From: Desulfobulbus propionicus DSM 2032 | GTDB lineage: Bacteria; Desulfobacterota; Desulfobulbia; Desulfobulbales; Desulfobulbaceae | Direction: 5' to 3' | Length of the DNA: 32,000 nt | Assembly (NCBI RefSeq): GCF_000186885.1 | Contig: NC_014972.1 | Coordinates: forward strand, 2,730,001 to 2,762,000 | In this document: piece after piece, positions 1-8,934 of the stretch | Numbering within the stretch: the stretch's first letter is position 1 | Layout: each line of letters opens with the position of its first letter | Notes under the pieces: generated by a model | What the model was told of the DNA's origin: nothing | Database searches by the model: none | The model's input: only the letters and a program-made list of their open reading frames with translations | Program-made: the position numbers and the translations under genes

Positions 1-1
1 G

Positions 2-436
2 CCGCCGCCGATCATGGACAAGCTGGTGATCGCCAAACAGGCAGCGGACCTGCACACCGACTATCTGGCGCAGCGCATCCTCTACCGATTCCTCTGCGAC
101 AACGACATTGATGCCCATATCGCCACCATCATCCGCCAGTACGGCAAACAGAAGGAGGCGATGATCAGCGCGATCAAAGACTCCTTTCCCGCCGGGGTGC
201 AGTCCACCAACCCGGAGGGCGGCATGTTTCTCTGGGTCACCCTGCCCGAAGGAATCTCGTCGATGGCCCTGTTCGAGGCGGCCATCAAGAAAAAGGTTGC
301 CTTTGTGCCGGGAACCCCTTTCTATGTGGACCGCAAGGACAGCAATACCCTACGCCTGAACTTTTCCTGCTCGGATGAACCGACCATCGTCGAGGGGATC
401 AAACGTTTGGGCCAATCCATCAAGGAACTTTTGTAA
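2..436 (+). CDS. PLP-dependent aminotransferase (fold type I, AspC/LysN/MocR-like), 3' fragment; 5' end lies outside the window
   Basis: The reading frame is open from the window edge to a stop at 434-436. The C-terminal sequence (GGMFLWVTLPEGI, VAFVPGTPFY, LRLNFS) is typical of the small C-terminal domain of class I/II aminotransferases. Confidence 0.8.
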   Translation, partial: PPPIMDKLVIAKQAADLHTDYLAQRILYRFLCDNDIDAHIATIIRQYGKQKEAMISAIKDSFPAGVQSTNPEGGMFLWVTLPEGISSMALFEAAIKKKVAFVPGTPFYVDRKDSNTLRLNFSCSDEPTIVEGIKRLGQSIKELL

Positions 437-454
437 AAAAGAAAGGAGGCATCC

Positions 455-817
455 ATGTTCACCACCAAGAAAATAGCCTGCACCTGCACTGCCCTGGCCC
501 TCTGTGCCGTGATGCTTTTCGGCTGCGGCGAGGATCAGGAGAAAAAAACGGAGAAAAAAGATGTAACCGTCCAACAGCAGCTGGGCAAGGACGCGGCGCA
601 AAGCGTGCAACAACCGCTGGAAGACGCGCGCAAGGCAGCTGAGCAGGCAGGAGAAAAGGCCACGCAGGTGATCGACAGCGCTGCGGAAAAAACAAAGGAA
701 GCGGTCAATGAGACCGTGAAGCAGGCCGATCAGGTGATCGAGGCTGCGGCCGAAAAGGCCAAAGAGGCTGCCCAGGAAACAGAGGGCAAAGAGAAGAAAA
801 AGCTGGAAGGCTGCTAA
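455..817 (+). CDS. small putative lipoprotein with a Lys/Glu/Ala-rich helical repeat region
   Basis: ATG at 455 follows AGGAGG (444-449). The N-terminus MFTTKKIACTCTALALCAVMLFGC has a lipobox-like LFG-C at residue 24. The remainder is low-complexity with AAEKxKEA-type repeats. Confidence 0.6.
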   Translation: MFTTKKIACTCTALALCAVMLFGCGEDQEKKTEKKDVTVQQQLGKDAAQSVQQPLEDARKAAEQAGEKATQVIDSAAEKTKEAVNETVKQADQVIEAAAEKAKEAAQETEGKEKKKLEGC

Positions 818-824
818 GCGGCAT

Positions 825-854
825 AAAAAAAGGGATGCGTCCTGGACGCATCCC
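825..854 (-). terminator. rho-independent terminator downstream of the DnaJ-class gene
   Basis: A 9-bp perfect stem pairs GGGATGCGT (832-840) with ACGCATCCC (846-854) around a 5-nt loop. On the minus strand it is followed by TTTTTTT (831-825). On the plus strand there is no T-tract. Confidence 0.65.
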
Positions 855-901
855 TGCACTGCACCCTGACGGCGAGCCGGTTCCCCGCCTCACCGTATCT
901 T

Positions 902-1846
902 TTACAAACCAACCGCAGCCAATCCCTTGACCGCTTCTTCCTGCTCCGAGGACAGGGTTTTGGGAATACGGACCGCTATTTTCACCAACAGATCACCGCG
1001 ATGGCCGATGGGGCCGGTGGGCAGGCCATGCCCCTTGATCCGCAGCTTGGCCTCCTGTTGCACGCCGGCCGGCACCTTGACGTTGAATTTCTTGCCGTCC
1101 AGGGTGGTCACCTCGATGGTGGTTCCCAGGCAGGCCTCGCTGAACGGAATGCGATGTTCGACCACCAGGTCTTCTTCAGCTCGCTGAAACACCGGATGCT
1201 CGGCCACATGCACCTTGAGGTACAGATCTCCGGCCGGGCCGCCCGACGAGGAGGGCGCCCCCTTGCCGGACAGCCGTAATCGCTTGCCGTCCTCAATCCC
1301 CTTGGGGATCTTGACCGAAACATTCTGGGGCTGCCCGCCCTGACGCAGACTGATGGTCTTTTCCGCCCCATGGAGCACATCCTCCAGGGTGACGGTCATC
1401 TCGTAGGTGAGGTCGCTGCCCTTGACCGGTTGCGGACCGCAACCGCCGCAACCGCCGCGCATCCCCCCCTGTCCGAACAGGTTGTCGAACGGCGAACCGC
1501 CGCCTGCGCCACGAAAGCCGCTGGTATGAAAGGCTCCGCCACCGCTGCGGAACCCGCCGCCAAAGCCAAACTGGCGGAGAATATCGTTGAGATCGAAATT
1601 GCGGAAGATGTCTTCCTGGGAATAGCGCTGCTTGAATCCGGTTGAACCGAAGGTGTCGTACTGCTGCCGTTTCTCCGGATCAGAGAGTACCGCATAGGCC
1701 TCGCTGATCTCCTTGAACTTTTCCTCGGCCTGCTTGTCGCCGGGGTTCTTGTCTGGATGGTATTTGAGGGCCAATTTGCGGTAGGCCTTTTTTATCTCGT
1801 CGGCGCTGGCTGTTTTTGCCACGCCAAGAATTTGATAATACTCCAT
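902..1846 (-). CDS. DnaJ-class co-chaperone without zinc finger (CbpA-like, class II J-protein)
   Basis: The J-domain reads MEYYQILGV...[13 protein letters not shown] with the HPD motif. A Gly/Phe-rich region and DnaJ C-terminal beta domains follow, with no CxxCxGxG repeats. The track ORF begins at a TTG (1864); ATG at 1846 with GAAGAG upstream matches the canonical J-domain N-terminus. Confidence 0.85.
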   Translation of the reverse strand: MEYYQILGVAKTASADEIKKAYRKLALKYHPDKNPGDKQAEEKFKEISEAYAVLSDPEKRQQYDTFGSTGFKQRYSQEDIFRNFDLNDILRQFGFGGGFRSGGGAFHTSGFRGAGGGSPFDNLFGQGGMRGGCGGCGPQPVKGSDLTYEMTVTLEDVLHGAEKTISLRQGGQPQNVSVKIPKGIEDGKRLRLSGKGAPSSSGGPAGDLYLKVHVAEHPVFQRAEEDLVVEHRIPFSEACLGTTIEVTTLDGKKFNVKVPAGVQQEAKLRIKGHGLPTGPIGHRGDLLVKIAVRIPKTLSSEQEEAVKGLAAVGL

Positions 1847-1878
1847 AAAACGCTCTTCACACAATAAAGGTTGCTCTC

Positions 1879-1908
1879 AAATGGGCGGCTAGTGGAGGGT
1901 ACTATAAG
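1879..1908 (-). promoter_or_regulatory. possible sigma-32 (heat-shock) type promoter for the DnaJ-class gene
   Basis: On the minus strand, CTTATAG (1908-1902), a 15-nt spacer and GCCCATTT (1886-1879) resemble CTTGAAA-N13-16-CCCCATnT. The element sits about 30 nt upstream of the ATG. The -35 match is weak. Confidence 0.25.
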
Positions 1909-1948
1909 ATCAAATGCGGCCTTGTCTATCGAACGGCCTCGGCCGCGG

Positions 1949-3217
1949 TCATTTTTCCGCAGGCAAGCCGGTGGCCGCGCCGATACGCTGGCCGCTGACA
2001 GCTGGGCCGGACACAGCGAATCGCCGTTTGAGTCGTTCAAGTATGGCCGCCCGGTGGTTGACCTGTTGGTTGAGGAGGATGACAAAGGGCTGGCCATCGG
2101 GCAGGTAGCCGGCCAGGTTATACACGCCGGTGAGGGTCCCGGTTTTGACCGCCGTCTCCCCTTCCCTGTTCAACAGTTCGCCGTGGGGCCGAAAATGGGC
2201 AAGCAGGCGCAGCATGGTGCGGGCGGTCATCCGGTTGTCCCTCGACAGGCCAGCCCCTTCGACCTGAACGATGGCCCCGGCGCTGGATGGCCCCAGTTGC
2301 CGCACCAGTTGCTGATGCACGGCCCGCTGGCCCGCGCTCCAGGTGGCCGGGTAGCCGAACCGCTGGGCGCCGCAGGCAAGAAACAGGAGGTTGGCCATGA
2401 AGTTGGACGAATACCCCAGGGTGGAGCGGCTGATGTCGGTGAGGGTCTGCCTGCTCAGGTGGGTCAGGATGAGTCGGGCCCCCTGCGCGGGCACTGTGCG
2501 GAGACCGCCGAGGCTGTCCACGGGAATGCCTTCCTGGCGCAACAGGGCTTGGAACAATTCACCGGAGTATTGAGCCGTGCGGCGATCAGGCTCGCACCCC
2601 TGGGCGCAGATGTTGACCCGATAGCGACCGGGCGGCCGGTTTGCTCCCAGCGCACGCATGATCGCCAGGGTCGGGGTCTGGGATTCGCCGGAGACAATCC
2701 GTCCCGCCTTGTCCTTGACAAACGGCACCGCGTTGAAATTGACCGCCAGCGGCCCGACCGGGGCATCGTAGGGGTTGTCGCTATCCTCCTGCCCAGGCAC
2801 TTGGGTCTCCAAGGCAAAAGCCGAAGCATCGATGAACAGGGTCCGCACCCGCTGCAGGCCTTGCTGGCGCAATTGGGCGGCAATGACCGTGATTTCTTCG
2901 GACACCAGGGTGGGATCACCGAACCCCTTGAGAAACAGGTTGTGCTGATCATCGAGGTGCACTTCGGTGCGAAAGCGGTAATCGGGTCCGAGGAGGGACA
3001 GGGCGGCCGAGACGGTGGCGATTTTGAGCACACTGGCCGGTACCAGCGGCTGATCGAGATTGCAGGAATCGACAATGCGGCCGCTGGCGTCGGCCACGCC
3101 ATAGGCGCCCTGGGCGACCAGATCGGCCATGGCCGCGCAGGTGGCGGCGTGCCCCGCCCGCCCGCCGGCCAACAGGAGGACGACGAGCAGCAACAATGGG
3201 GGGAGAATGCGGCACAT
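1949..3217 (-). CDS. dacB: D-alanyl-D-alanine carboxypeptidase/endopeptidase, PBP4 family (peptidase S13)
   Basis: All three penicillin-binding motifs are present: SVLK (SxxK), SSN (SxN) and KTG (VKTGTL). The hydrophobic signal sequence is MCRILPPLLLLVVLLLAG. ATG at 3217 follows GGGGGAGA; the track ORF start at 3259 is a TTG that would overlap trpB2. Confidence 0.8.
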   Translation of the reverse strand: MCRILPPLLLLVVLLLAGGRAGHAATCAAMADLVAQGAYGVADASGRIVDSCNLDQPLVPASVLKIATVSAALSLLGPDYRFRTEVHLDDQHNLFLKGFGDPTLVSEEITVIAAQLRQQGLQRVRTLFIDASAFALETQVPGQEDSDNPYDAPVGPLAVNFNAVPFVKDKAGRIVSGESQTPTLAIMRALGANRPPGRYRVNICAQGCEPDRRTAQYSGELFQALLRQEGIPVDSLGGLRTVPAQGARLILTHLSRQTLTDISRSTLGYSSNFMANLLFLACGAQRFGYPATWSAGQRAVHQQLVRQLGPSSAGAIVQVEGAGLSRDNRMTARTMLRLLAHFRPHGELLNREGETAVKTGTLTGVYNLAGYLPDGQPFVILLNQQVNHRAAILERLKRRFAVSGPAVSGQRIGAATGLPAEK

Positions 3218-3251
3218 TCTCCCCCCCTGCACTGCCTCTAACGTGTGAGAT

Positions 3252-4595
3252 TCAGCCAATCTTGGGCAGCCGGGCCAGAGCGGCCTCGATCTGTTCCTGC
3301 GGATAGGCGTAATCGCTGAGTTTACCGGTCAGATAGTTGTCGTAGGACGGCATGTCGATCACGCCGGTGCCGGACAGGTTGAAAAGGATGGTCTTCGGTT
3401 CGTTGGGATCCTTCATCGCCTCGATGATCGCCCCGCGGATGGCATGGTTGCTCTCGGGCGCCGGGATGATGCCCTCCGTGCGGGCAAAGAGAATACCGGC
3501 CTCGAAGCACTCCAGCTGATGCACGGCCTTGGGAATGACGATCCCCTCGCGGACCAGGGCGGAAACGATCGGCGCCATGCCGTGGTAACGGAGGCCGCCG
3601 GCATGGATACCCGGCGGCACGAAGTTGTGCCCGAGAGTGTACATATAGAGCAACGGCGTCATCATGGCCACATCGCCGGAGTCGTAGGCCAGCTTGCCGC
3701 CGGTCATCGACGGGCAGGAGGCCGGCTCGTACCCGTGGAACTCGATCTTTTTCCCCTCGAGGTAATCGGGCACGAACGGCGCCACCAAACCGGCGAAATT
3801 CGAGCCGCCACCACAACAGCCTATGACCACGTCGGGAAACTCGCCAGCGATCTCCATCTGCCTCTTGGCCTCCAGGCCGACGATCGACTGGTGCAGCACT
3901 ACATGGTTGAGCACCGAGCCCAAGGCGTAGTTGGTGTCGCTGCGGCTGGAAGCGTCCTCAAGAGCTTCGGAGATGGCCATGCCCAGCGAGCCCGGGGTGT
4001 CCGGATCGCTGGTCAGGATCTCGCGGCCGGTTTTGGTGTCCATGCTCGGGCTGGCCACCACCTCGCCGCCGTAGGCCTGCATGATGAATTTGCGGTAGGG
4101 TTTCTGGTCATAGGAAACCCGCACCATGTACACCTTGCACTCCATGCCGAATTTGGAAGTGGCGAGCGACAGCGCAGACCCCCACTGGCCGGCGCCGGTT
4201 TCCGTGGTCAGTCGCTTGACGCCTTCCCGCTTGTTGTAGTAGGCCTGGGCCACGGCGGAATTGGGTTTGTGACTGCCCACCGGACTGACGCTTTCGTTCT
4301 TGAAAAAGATCTTGGCCTTGGTGCCGAGGGCTTCCTCCAGTTTGGTGGCGCGAACCAGGGGCGAGGGGCGCCAGATCTTGTAGACCTCCAGAACCTCCTG
4401 CGGAATGTCGATGAACCGCTCCTGGCTCATTTCCTGTTCCAAAAGGCTCATGGGAAACACGGTGGCCAGCTTTTCCGGGCCGATAGGCTGGAGGGTCTCG
4501 GGGTCCAGGGGAGGCAGCAGGCCGTTGGGGATGTCAGGGACCACATTGTACCATCTGGTCGGCATCTCGTCTTCGCGCAGCACAATCTTCTTCAT
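3252..4595 (-). CDS. trpB: TrpB2-type tryptophan synthase beta-like PLP enzyme
   Basis: The TrpB2-specific N-terminal extension is present ([21 protein letters not shown]). Further matches are [12 protein letters not shown] (PLP lysine), [12 protein letters not shown] and [12 protein letters not shown] strong GAAGGAG RBS precedes the ATG at 4595. Confidence 0.9.
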   Translation of the reverse strand: MKKIVLREDEMPTRWYNVVPDIPNGLLPPLDPETLQPIGPEKLATVFPMSLLEQEMSQERFIDIPQEVLEVYKIWRPSPLVRATKLEEALGTKAKIFFKNESVSPVGSHKPNSAVAQAYYNKREGVKRLTTETGAGQWGSALSLATSKFGMECKVYMVRVSYDQKPYRKFIMQAYGGEVVASPSMDTKTGREILTSDPDTPGSLGMAISEALEDASSRSDTNYALGSVLNHVVLHQSIVGLEAKRQMEIAGEFPDVVIGCCGGGSNFAGLVAPFVPDYLEGKKIEFHGYEPASCPSMTGGKLAYDSGDVAMMTPLLYMYTLGHNFVPPGIHAGGLRYHGMAPIVSALVREGIVIPKAVHQLECFEAGILFARTEGIIPAPESNHAIRGAIIEAMKDPNEPKTILFNLSGTGVIDMPSYDNYLTGKLSDYAYPQEQIEAALARLPKIG

Positions 4596-4752
4596 ATTTT
4601 CTCCTTCGTTAATGGCAGATGGTTAAAGGAAATCCCACGTCTGATTCGGGCAAACGCCGACTCCCTTGCAATCGTTGGCATCAGCTCGCTGCGGCCGCTC
4701 TTCCGCCGCGCGCGCATCAGTGGGCTGTATCTACCGTACTCCTGCAAAATTC

Positions 4753-7293
4753 TCAAGATGGAGCGACCATTTCCTGGACCCCGGTCTTGATTATCCGTGC
4801 CAACAAGGCCTCACGCGCGGGCAAGCCGAGCACCTTTTCTAACACCTCGCGGGGATTGGTTCCCGGCTGGCCCTGATGACCGAGCAGGTCGAGCCGCAGG
4901 GTTGCGTCGGTCAATTCCAGGCGCGCGACCAGAGGGCGCAGGTCCAGCTCCTTGTGCCGGTTCTTGCGGAAGCGATCGATGACAAAGGTGTTCCGACCGA
5001 GAAAATCGGCCATTCGCTGGCCGAGGTCGGCCGGCCATAGCTGGGTTTGGATGGTGTAGCTGGTGATGCTGCATGCGGCCACACCACGGGGCGCCAGGCT
5101 AATGCCGGTCACTCGGATGGTTTCGGGGAGCTGACTGTTGAGCAAGGCCACGGTATCGTCCATCGAGGCCAGCGGTTGGGATAGGTCCATGTCAAAGAAT
5201 TCGGCCAGACTCTCCACCCCGACCGGCAGGGCCTGGCTGAACGAAACCCGGGGCGTGGGGTTGAAACCGCTGGAAAACAGCAGCGGCAATCCGGCCCGCT
5301 GCAGGGTGCGAAACACCAATTGTAAAAGTTCCAGGTGGCCGTAAAAGCGGCTGTCGCCCAGACGTGCATAGGAGACCCGGTAGCTGTACCCTTGCGGCGG
5401 TTGCCTGTTTTCCTGCCTCACGGATGGCACGGCAGGGGCAGGCTCGCGGGCCGGCCGGGAATGCACCACCGGACGCACGGTTTTGAAATCACACAGACCG
5501 CAGCCCTGGCAGCCCTGATTGCGGCAATCCGGGGTATACTCGCGGCGCAGAGCCTTGGTGTATTCGCTTTCAAGGAAGGAACGGTCCACCCCGCTGTGCA
5601 GGTGCTCCCAGGGCAGGGTTTCGGTCAACTCCCGCCGACGCAGATACTCGTCGAGCTCAAGGCCGCATTTGGCGGCAGCCTGCTGCCACCGTTCAAGGTT
5701 GAAATGTTCGGACCAGCTGTCCAGGCGGGCGCCATCCAGCCAAGCGGTTTCCAGCAGCAGTGACAGCCTGCGGTCCCCACGGGCAAACACGCCTTCGAGA
5801 AAGGATTGCTCCGGATCGTGCCATTTGAGTTTGTATCCCTGGCGGGGCAGCAACTGCTTGAGGCGGTTGATCCGTTGCTTGGATTCTTCGAGGCTCAGCT
5901 GCCCCTCCCATTGGAAGGGCGTATGCGGCTTGGGCACGAAGGTGGCCACGCCGAGATTGACCTGGACCGGCCGTCCCTTGCCCTGACCGACCTGGGCGCG
6001 GGCCTTTTTCGCCAAGGCAATGATCCCGTCGACATCGTCCTCGGTTTCGGTGGGCAACCCGACCATGAAATAGAGTTTGATCAGCTTCCAGCCCAGCGCA
6101 AAGGCGTCGCGACAGGTGGCCAACAGATCCTGTTCGCTGATGCCCTTGTTGATCACCTCACGCAGCCGGTCGGTGCCCGCCTCCGGGGCCACGGTGAAAC
6201 CGGTTTTTCTGACACGTTTGATCTGTTCCATGATTTCTGGCGTCAAAGTTCCGACTCGCATCGACGGCATGGACACCGACACGAAATCGTCGGCAAAACG
6301 GTCCATGAGCGCTCCCATTAGTTCCGCCAAACAGGAGAAGTCTCCGGTGGACAGGCTAAGCAGGGCCAGTTCCTCAAACCCGGAGTGGGCGATTCCCTGG
6401 TTGGCCAGTTCCATGATCTCTTCCAGGGTCCGTTCGCGCACCGGGCGGTAGGTCATGCCGGCTTGGCAGAAACGGCAGCCACGGGTGCAGCCGCGGGCGA
6501 TCTCCACTCCCAGCCGGTCGTGCACCGGATTGACCACCGGCACCAGGGGACGATGCAGATACGGGGCGCTCCCCATTCGGGGCAGCACCCGTTTGCGGAC
6601 CAGCGGATACTGGGGTTGCAGGGCGTCGATGCGGGTCAACCGGCCATGCTGGTATTGGGGGGCAAAAAAGGCAGGCACATAGACCCCGGCGATTCGGGCC
6701 AACTGGTCAAGCACCGTTGTCCGCGCCCACCGCTCGTTTTTGGCGCGCAGCAGCAACTCACCGATTTCCACGATGATCTCTTCGCCGTCGCCAAGAACAA
6801 TGGCATCGAAAAATTCGGCCACCGGTTCGGGATTGAGCGAACAGGGACCGCCGCCGAGCACCAGGGGATGGGCCTCGGTGCGCATGGCGGCCCGCAGGGG
6901 CAGGCCGGCCAGATCAAGCACGGTCAGAATGTTGGTATAGCAGAGCTCATAGGGCAGAGTGATCCCGAGGACGTCATAGCGGGACAGCGGAGCTTTGGCT
7001 TCCAGGGAAAAGAGCTCCATCCCCTGGGCGCGCAGTTCCTTTTCCATGTCCACATCGGGCACATAGGCGCGATGGGCGATGAACCGTTCATCGCCATTGA
7101 GAATGTGATAGAGAATCTGTAGGCCCTGGTGGGACATGCCGATTTCATAGAGATCGGGAAAGATCAGGCAAACATTCAGGCAAGCGGCATCAAGGCGGCC
7201 GTTGACCGCATGCAGCTCGCCGCCGACATATTGACCCGGTTTGCGTACCAGGGGAAGGATTCGATCAAGATCGATGGAAGCGGATACAACCAT
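4753..7293 (-). CDS. radical SAM protein (B12-binding-like N-domain plus CxxxCxxC core) fused to a DUF2344/TIGR03936-like C-terminal domain
   Basis: CTRGCRFCQAG carries the CxxxCxxC radical-SAM cluster motif. The N-terminus KPGQYVGGE is typical of the TIGR03960-like family. The C-terminal ~220 aa (YRVSYARLGDSRFYGHLELLQLVFRTLQRAGLPLLFSSGFNPTPRVSF) matches the DUF2344 pattern. Confidence 0.85.
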   Translation of the reverse strand: MVVSASIDLDRILPLVRKPGQYVGGELHAVNGRLDAACLNVCLIFPDLYEIGMSHQGLQILYHILNGDERFIAHRAYVPDVDMEKELRAQGMELFSLEAKAPLSRYDVLGITLPYELCYTNILTVLDLAGLPLRAAMRTEAHPLVLGGGPCSLNPEPVAEFFDAIVLGDGEEIIVEIGELLLRAKNERWARTTVLDQLARIAGVYVPAFFAPQYQHGRLTRIDALQPQYPLVRKRVLPRMGSAPYLHRPLVPVVNPVHDRLGVEIARGCTRGCRFCQAGMTYRPVRERTLEEIMELANQGIAHSGFEELALLSLSTGDFSCLAELMGALMDRFADDFVSVSMPSMRVGTLTPEIMEQIKRVRKTGFTVAPEAGTDRLREVINKGISEQDLLATCRDAFALGWKLIKLYFMVGLPTETEDDVDGIIALAKKARAQVGQGKGRPVQVNLGVATFVPKPHTPFQWEGQLSLEESKQRINRLKQLLPRQGYKLKWHDPEQSFLEGVFARGDRRLSLLLETAWLDGARLDSWSEHFNLERWQQAAAKCGLELDEYLRRRELTETLPWEHLHSGVDRSFLESEYTKALRREYTPDCRNQGCQGCGLCDFKTVRPVVHSRPAREPAPAVPSVRQENRQPPQGYSYRVSYARLGDSRFYGHLELLQLVFRTLQRAGLPLLFSSGFNPTPRVSFSQALPVGVESLAEFFDMDLSQPLASMDDTVALLNSQLPETIRVTGISLAPRGVAACSITSYTIQTQLWPADLGQRMADFLGRNTFVIDRFRKNRHKELDLRPLVARLELTDATLRLDLLGHQGQPGTNPREVLEKVLGLPAREALLARIIKTGVQEMVAPS

Positions 7294-7335
7294 TTGTTTT
7301 CTGTACGTTAAAAGAGAAAAAAAGAGGAAAAAGGT

Positions 7336-7374
7336 TGATAATCAGTTACAAAGACATGATTTTTGACTGATTAT
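7336..7374. repeat. perfect 10-bp inverted repeat GATAATCAGT-N19-ACTGATTATC in a divergent intergenic region
   Basis: Read directly: arms at 7336-7345 and 7365-7374 in the AT-rich gap between the radical-SAM gene and the AMIN gene. It lies about 80-120 bp upstream of the sigma-54 promoter element. Confidence 0.7.
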
Positions 7375-7452
7375 CCATCTCGGACCGCAGCCAGGCCGGA
7401 GGTGGCTCCACGACAGGGGGCCGCATGGTGCCAGTCAAGAAAATGACAAAAC

Positions 7453-7468
7453 AGGCACTTAAATTGCT
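7453..7468 (+). promoter_or_regulatory. sigma-54 (RpoN) -24/-12 promoter upstream of the AMIN-domain gene
   Basis: aGGCAC-ttaaa-TTGCt (GG at 7454-7455, GC at 7466-7467, exact GG-N10-GC spacing) matches TGGCAC-N5-TTGCW at every core position except the first T. It lies 70 nt upstream of the ATG at 7537. Confidence 0.6.
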
Positions 7469-7536
7469 TATAGCATTTCAGCCCCTGACGGGCCGTTGTC
7501 ACGCTTCTCCCTCTCACCGAACCGCCGGAAAGAACC

Positions 7537-8931
7537 ATGAAAAAAAATATTGTTGCCCGTGCCGCGCACACGCTGTTTGTCTTCCTGTTCACCGTTGGAC
7601 TGGCCATGGCCGAGGATGCCCCGCAGCTGCAGAAGCTCAAGCATTCGGTGCTTTCTCCGTCAAGCGAACAGGTGGTGCTGCAACTCAACGGCTCCTATAG
7701 CCCAAATGTCTTTACTTTGAAAGGCGAAACGCCCCGGGTGATTTTTGATTTTGCCGACATGACCCATTCCCGGGAGGTGAAAAGCATCACCACCAAGGGG
7801 GCGATCGTCAAACGGGTGCGGGTGGGCATGCACGGCGATGAGACCCCCAAGACGCGCATCGTCTTTGATGTCGCCACCTTGAAGGATGTCACCTACACCC
7901 AGTCCTTTGACGAGGCGACCTCGACCCTGACCATCCATTTCACCCGCCCGGCAAAGACGATTGACAGCAAGAAAACCGTGGCCCAGCGGAACGAGGACAA
8001 GCCGGCCGCTGAACCAGCAACCACCACGGCCGAGCCCGCCGCCAGCGGCCAACCGCCGGCAACGGTTGACACAGCGGTGTCCGGGCCGTCACCTCGCACA
8101 CCGGCCAGCACCGAGGGGCCAGCGCCAAAGGCGGCGGAACAGGTCGCCCAGCCTTCTCGACCATCCGAGCAGACCACTCAGCAGCAATCGGCCAGCAGCC
8201 CATCCCAAGGTGAGGCCCCGGCAGCGCAGACAGTTGGCGCCGAGCCGGTCGCCTCACCAGCCCCTTCCAAGGACCAGCCATCTCCCGCACCGGCCAAGGA
8301 GACTCCTCCCGCGACGGAGGCGGCAGCGCAAAAGCCGGTCGAACAATCGCAAGCCGCCGTTCCGGCACCGCCGCAAACAGCCACGGCCCCACCAGCGGCC
8401 GCCCCCACACAGCCTGCGGCCAAGGACGACGCCACGAAAACGTCCGTCCCAGGGAAAGAGGCACAAAAACAGGAGGAAAGCGCGGCGAAAAAAGAACAGC
8501 CCGTCGAGACGACGCCTATCACGGCACAGCCGGCCGTCAAGCCCGAAGCGGAACACGCTGCTGCTCCGGCACAAACCGAGGAACCGCCCCGGCTGGAGTA
8601 TGTCAAGTTTGACGCCACCTCACCCAAAGGCGAGATGGTGCTGTTCAAACTGAACGGTTTTCATCCCCCCGCCGTGCATGGGGTTGAAGAGGGTATCCCC
8701 AGGGTCATTTGCGATTTCAACAACACCAAGCTGATCGACTCGGGAAAAGGGAAAAACACCATCAAGACAAACGGTAAGTTTGTCAAGGTCATCCGGACGT
8801 CCACAACCAAGAAGCCGGAAAAAGTACGGGTGGTGATTGATCTGGAACCCAACCGCAGCTACGATCTGCAACAGGTGTTCTTCAAGGAGGACAACCTGTT
8901 CGTGATCATTGTCAACACCATGAAAAAATAA
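7537..8931 (+). CDS. secreted protein with two AMIN domains separated by a ~210-aa Pro/Ala/Thr/Gln-rich disordered linker
   Basis: The signal peptide is MKKNIVARAAHTLFVFLFTVGLAMA-ED. The N-terminal AMIN-like module reads VVLQLNGSYSPNVFTLKGETPRVIFDFADM...RIVFDV. The C-terminal AMIN-like module reads MVLFKLNGFHPPAVHGVEEGIPRVICDFNNT...RVVIDL. No catalytic domain is recognisable. Confidence 0.75.
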   Translation: MKKNIVARAAHTLFVFLFTVGLAMAEDAPQLQKLKHSVLSPSSEQVVLQLNGSYSPNVFTLKGETPRVIFDFADMTHSREVKSITTKGAIVKRVRVGMHGDETPKTRIVFDVATLKDVTYTQSFDEATSTLTIHFTRPAKTIDSKKTVAQRNEDKPAAEPATTTAEPAASGQPPATVDTAVSGPSPRTPASTEGPAPKAAEQVAQPSRPSEQTTQQQSASSPSQGEAPAAQTVGAEPVASPAPSKDQPSPAPAKETPPATEAAAQKPVEQSQAAVPAPPQTATAPPAAAPTQPAAKDDATKTSVPGKEAQKQEESAAKKEQPVETTPITAQPAVKPEAEHAAAPAQTEEPPRLEYVKFDATSPKGEMVLFKLNGFHPPAVHGVEEGIPRVICDFNNTKLIDSGKGKNTIKTNGKFVKVIRTSTTKKPEKVRVVIDLEPNRSYDLQQVFFKEDNLFVIIVNTMKK

Positions 8932-8934
8932 GGC

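Noticed and set aside
4593-4718. 41-codon upstream ORF on the minus strand (ATG at 4718). It ends in an ATGA overlap with the trpB2 start, so it could be a trp leader peptide.
   Set aside because: It has no Shine-Dalgarno and no Trp codons. The product is Arg-rich and non-hydrophobic, and no alternative terminator/antiterminator pairings are evident. It is probably fortuitous.
7961-8653. Alternative-frame ORFs inside the AMIN gene linker: a 230-aa Arg/Pro-rich ORF on the plus strand and several on the minus strand.
   Set aside because: They are frame-shifted readings of a Pro/Ala/Thr-rich, GC-rich low-complexity segment. The annotated frame is the only one that joins the signal peptide and both AMIN modules.
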